Assembly (NCBI GenBank): GCA_965242695.1
Contig: CBDESU010000002.1
Location: 1,472,001 to 1,536,000, forward strand
Source of the DNA: Cenarchaeum sp.
Lineage (GTDB): Archaea; Thermoproteota; Nitrososphaeria; Nitrososphaerales; Nitrosopumilaceae
Direction of reading: 5' to 3'
Length of the DNA: 64,000 bases
Within the stretch, counting starts at the first letter, position 1, and every line of letters begins with the position of its first letter. Positions 62,181-64,000 of the stretch are shown piece by piece. Position numbers and translations under genes: made by a program. The notes beneath the pieces are model-generated. The model saw nothing but the letters and a program-made list of their open reading frames with translations, searched no databases and had not been told where the DNA came from.

Positions 62181-63178
62181 TCCCGGCCGCCTCCGCCCGC
62201 CGCGCGCCCTGCCGCCGACGCCGCCGCGGCCTCGGCCGCCTCTGGGCCCGCCGCGTACCCGACCATCATCGCCGCAATGTCGACTTCGCACACCCTCGTG
62301 GTGTTCTTGAACTCGGTCGTGTTGTTGACCTCGTGGACGACGTAGCCGCGGCCGGGATCCTCCATGAGGTCGACGCCGACTATCAGCCCGCCGACGGCGT
62401 CCTTTGCGCGTATGCACAGCTCCTCGAGCTCGCCCGAGACGGCGCACGGCTCGGCCCTGCCGCCGAGGGCCGTGTTCGTCTTCCACGAGCCGTCGCCCGA
62501 GTAGCGGTAGATGGCCGCCGCGGCCCGGTCGCCGACCATTATGACCCGTATGTCGCGGGGCGGGCGCCTTACGAGCTCCTCGATGTAGTGCACGTGGTAT
62601 ATCGGGTACATGGACTCGCGCATGGCGATTATCCCGGCGGCCGCCTCGGGGCCGGACAGCCTCGAGACCATCCTCCCCCAGCTGCCGACGGTCGGCTTGA
62701 TGACGGCGGGGTACCCGCGCCGGCCAAGGGACTCGAGGGCCGCCTGCGCCGAGAATGCGACCGCCGCGTCCGGCGTCGGCACGCCTGCCCTTGCCAGGAG
62801 CGTGTGCGAGTACAGCTTGTTGCCTGCCAGGATGGCCGCCATCATCGGGTTGATCACCGCGCCGCCGACGCCCTCGACGGCCGCCGTCGAGTGGACGTTG
62901 CGGTAGTAGCTGACGCAGCGCTGCAGGACCGTCCCGTACTCGGACGGGTCGACGGTGGCGCCGCCCCCCGCCCCGTCGGGGCCGCGCCCCGAGCCGCCGG
63001 CCGGCAGGCGCCCCGAGTCGAGGTCGACTGCCAGGCCGCGGCAGTCTACCATGCGCACCTCGGCGCCCGCCTTTGCGCCTGCGTTGGCAAGGGCCTTTTC
63101 CTCCCACCTGATCGAGTCGTACAGGACGGTCACGCGCCGCCCCTGCGCGCCGCCGCGGCCCGAGCCGCCCGGCGCCAT
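62177..63178 (-). CDS. lysX: Alpha-aminoadipate--LysW ligase (RimK-type ATP-grasp)
   Basis: IRWEEKAL, QRCVSYYR, KPTVGSWGR, RDIR, WKTN, HEVNNTTEFKN. Confidence 0.93.
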   Translation of the reverse strand: MAPGGSGRGGAQGRRVTVLYDSIRWEEKALANAGAKAGAEVRMVDCRGLAVDLDSGRLPAGGSGRGPDGAGGGATVDPSEYGTVLQRCVSYYRNVHSTAAVEGVGGAVINPMMAAILAGNKLYSHTLLARAGVPTPDAAVAFSAQAALESLGRRGYPAVIKPTVGSWGRMVSRLSGPEAAAGIIAMRESMYPIYHVHYIEELVRRPPRDIRVIMVGDRAAAAIYRYSGDGSWKTNTALGGRAEPCAVSGELEELCIRAKDAVGGLIVGVDLMEDPGRGYVVHEVNNTTEFKNTTRVCEVDIAAMMVGYAAGPEAAEAAAASAAGRAAGGGGRE

Positions 63179-63351
63179 CACTGCCCCCAGTCCTCGCCGA
63201 CCGTGTCGGCTGGCTTGAGCGTAAATCCCCCGCTGTCCGCCAGCGCGCCCAGCTCAAAGCTCGCGCCGCACTCGGGGCACGTCACGATCTCGCCGCTGAG
63301 GGCGTCGCCGGGCACCGGTATCGCCCCGTCGCACTCGTCACACTTTGCCAC
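63178..63351 (-). CDS. lysW: Amino-group carrier protein LysW (57 aa, absent from the ORF track), ending in EDWGQ
   Basis: Manual translation: MAKCDECDGAIPVPGDALSGEIVTCPECGASFELGALADSGGFTLKPADTVGEDWGQ*. Confidence 0.92.
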   Translation of the reverse strand: MAKCDECDGAIPVPGDALSGEIVTCPECGASFELGALADSGGFTLKPADTVGEDWGQ

Positions 63352-64000
63352 TGCCGCCTCGCTCTCCCGCGCCGCCGGCGCGCCGCCGGCCTGTTATTTT
63401 CCTTGCGATCCTCTCGTCAAGGGGTATCTCCAGCAGGTCGCCCATGCGCATGTCCTTGAGGCCCGCCGCCACGGCGGCAGCCTGCCGCGCGTCGGACGCG
63501 TCCAGGCCCAGCAGCGCCATGAGGTACGACGCGCCCGTCCTGCCCGCAAGCTCGCCGAACACGATCCGCCGCGCGTTGCCGACCTCCCTCGGCGGGACGG
63601 GCTCGTACGCGGCGGGGTTGCGCAGGACGGCGGCCAGGTGGGTGCCGGCCTTGTGCTTGTACGCAGACGAGCCGACGACCGGCTTGGACTCGGGGGTCGG
63701 CAGCGACGTGTACTCGGACACCGTCCTCGACATGTCCTGCAGCATGTCGAGCCTAAAGTCGTTGGGCGACTCGTACAGGTAGTGCAGGGACACGGCGACC
63801 TCGGCCAGCGGCGGTATGCCCGTCCGCTCCCCTATCCCGTCTATCGTGGTGTGCACCTGGTCGGCGCCGGCGTCGACGGCGGCAAGGGCGTTGGCGACGG
63901 CCAGGCCCATGTCGTTGTGCACGTGCACGTCGAGCGGCGTGCTGACCGCGGCGCGCACCCTCCCGACGAACGCGCGCATGCCGGCGGGGCACATGACGCC
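63338..64000 (-). CDS. Homocitrate synthase/LeuA-family protein, 3' part
   Basis: HVHNDMGLAVAN, GIGERTG, HKAGTH; upstream of lysW. Confidence 0.85.
   Translation of the reverse strand, partial: GVMCPAGMRAFVGRVRAAVSTPLDVHVHNDMGLAVANALAAVDAGADQVHTTIDGIGERTGIPPLAEVAVSLHYLYESPNDFRLDMLQDMSRTVSEYTSLPTPESKPVVGSSAYKHKAGTHLAAVLRNPAAYEPVPPREVGNARRIVFGELAGRTGASYLMALLGLDASDARQAAAVAAGLKDMRMGDLLEIPLDERIARKITGRRRAGGAGERGGSGKV

Noticed and set aside
60975-63257. 760-aa ORF as a LysX-LysK fusion
   Set aside because: The upstream part is an off-frame read of lysX; lysK starts at ATG 62180, overlapping the lysX stop.

Overview
A GC-rich archaeal chromosome segment, inferred to be an ammonia-oxidising thaumarchaeon (Nitrososphaeria/Nitrosopumilaceae). 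The evidence is the ADP-forming acyl-CoA synthetase next to a crotonase (3HP/4HB cycle pair), blue-copper protein, archaeal histone, Ubl-Cgi121 fusion, LysW pathway and intron-containing tRNA. The high GC and disordered protein extensions recall Cenarchaeum-like symbionts (inference only). The first ~13.6 kb is accessory: three PIN-domain genes, each with an unusual upstream partner, a duplicate of one partner, a decayed AbrB-like gene, and a tandemly duplicated small DUF5678-like protein + retropepsin-like aspartic protease cassette. The rest is mainly core genes (tRNA modification, ribosomal proteins, thiL, PMM/PGM, rtcB, purB, valS, pdxST, aconitase, dnaG, ribK/ribL, dph5, lys operon). Small accessory islets sit beside tRNA-Cys, tRNA-Thr, valS and a two-intron tRNA-Trp. 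No CRISPR array, rRNA, integrase or transposase was seen. All calls come from reading motifs by eye; no database search was run.
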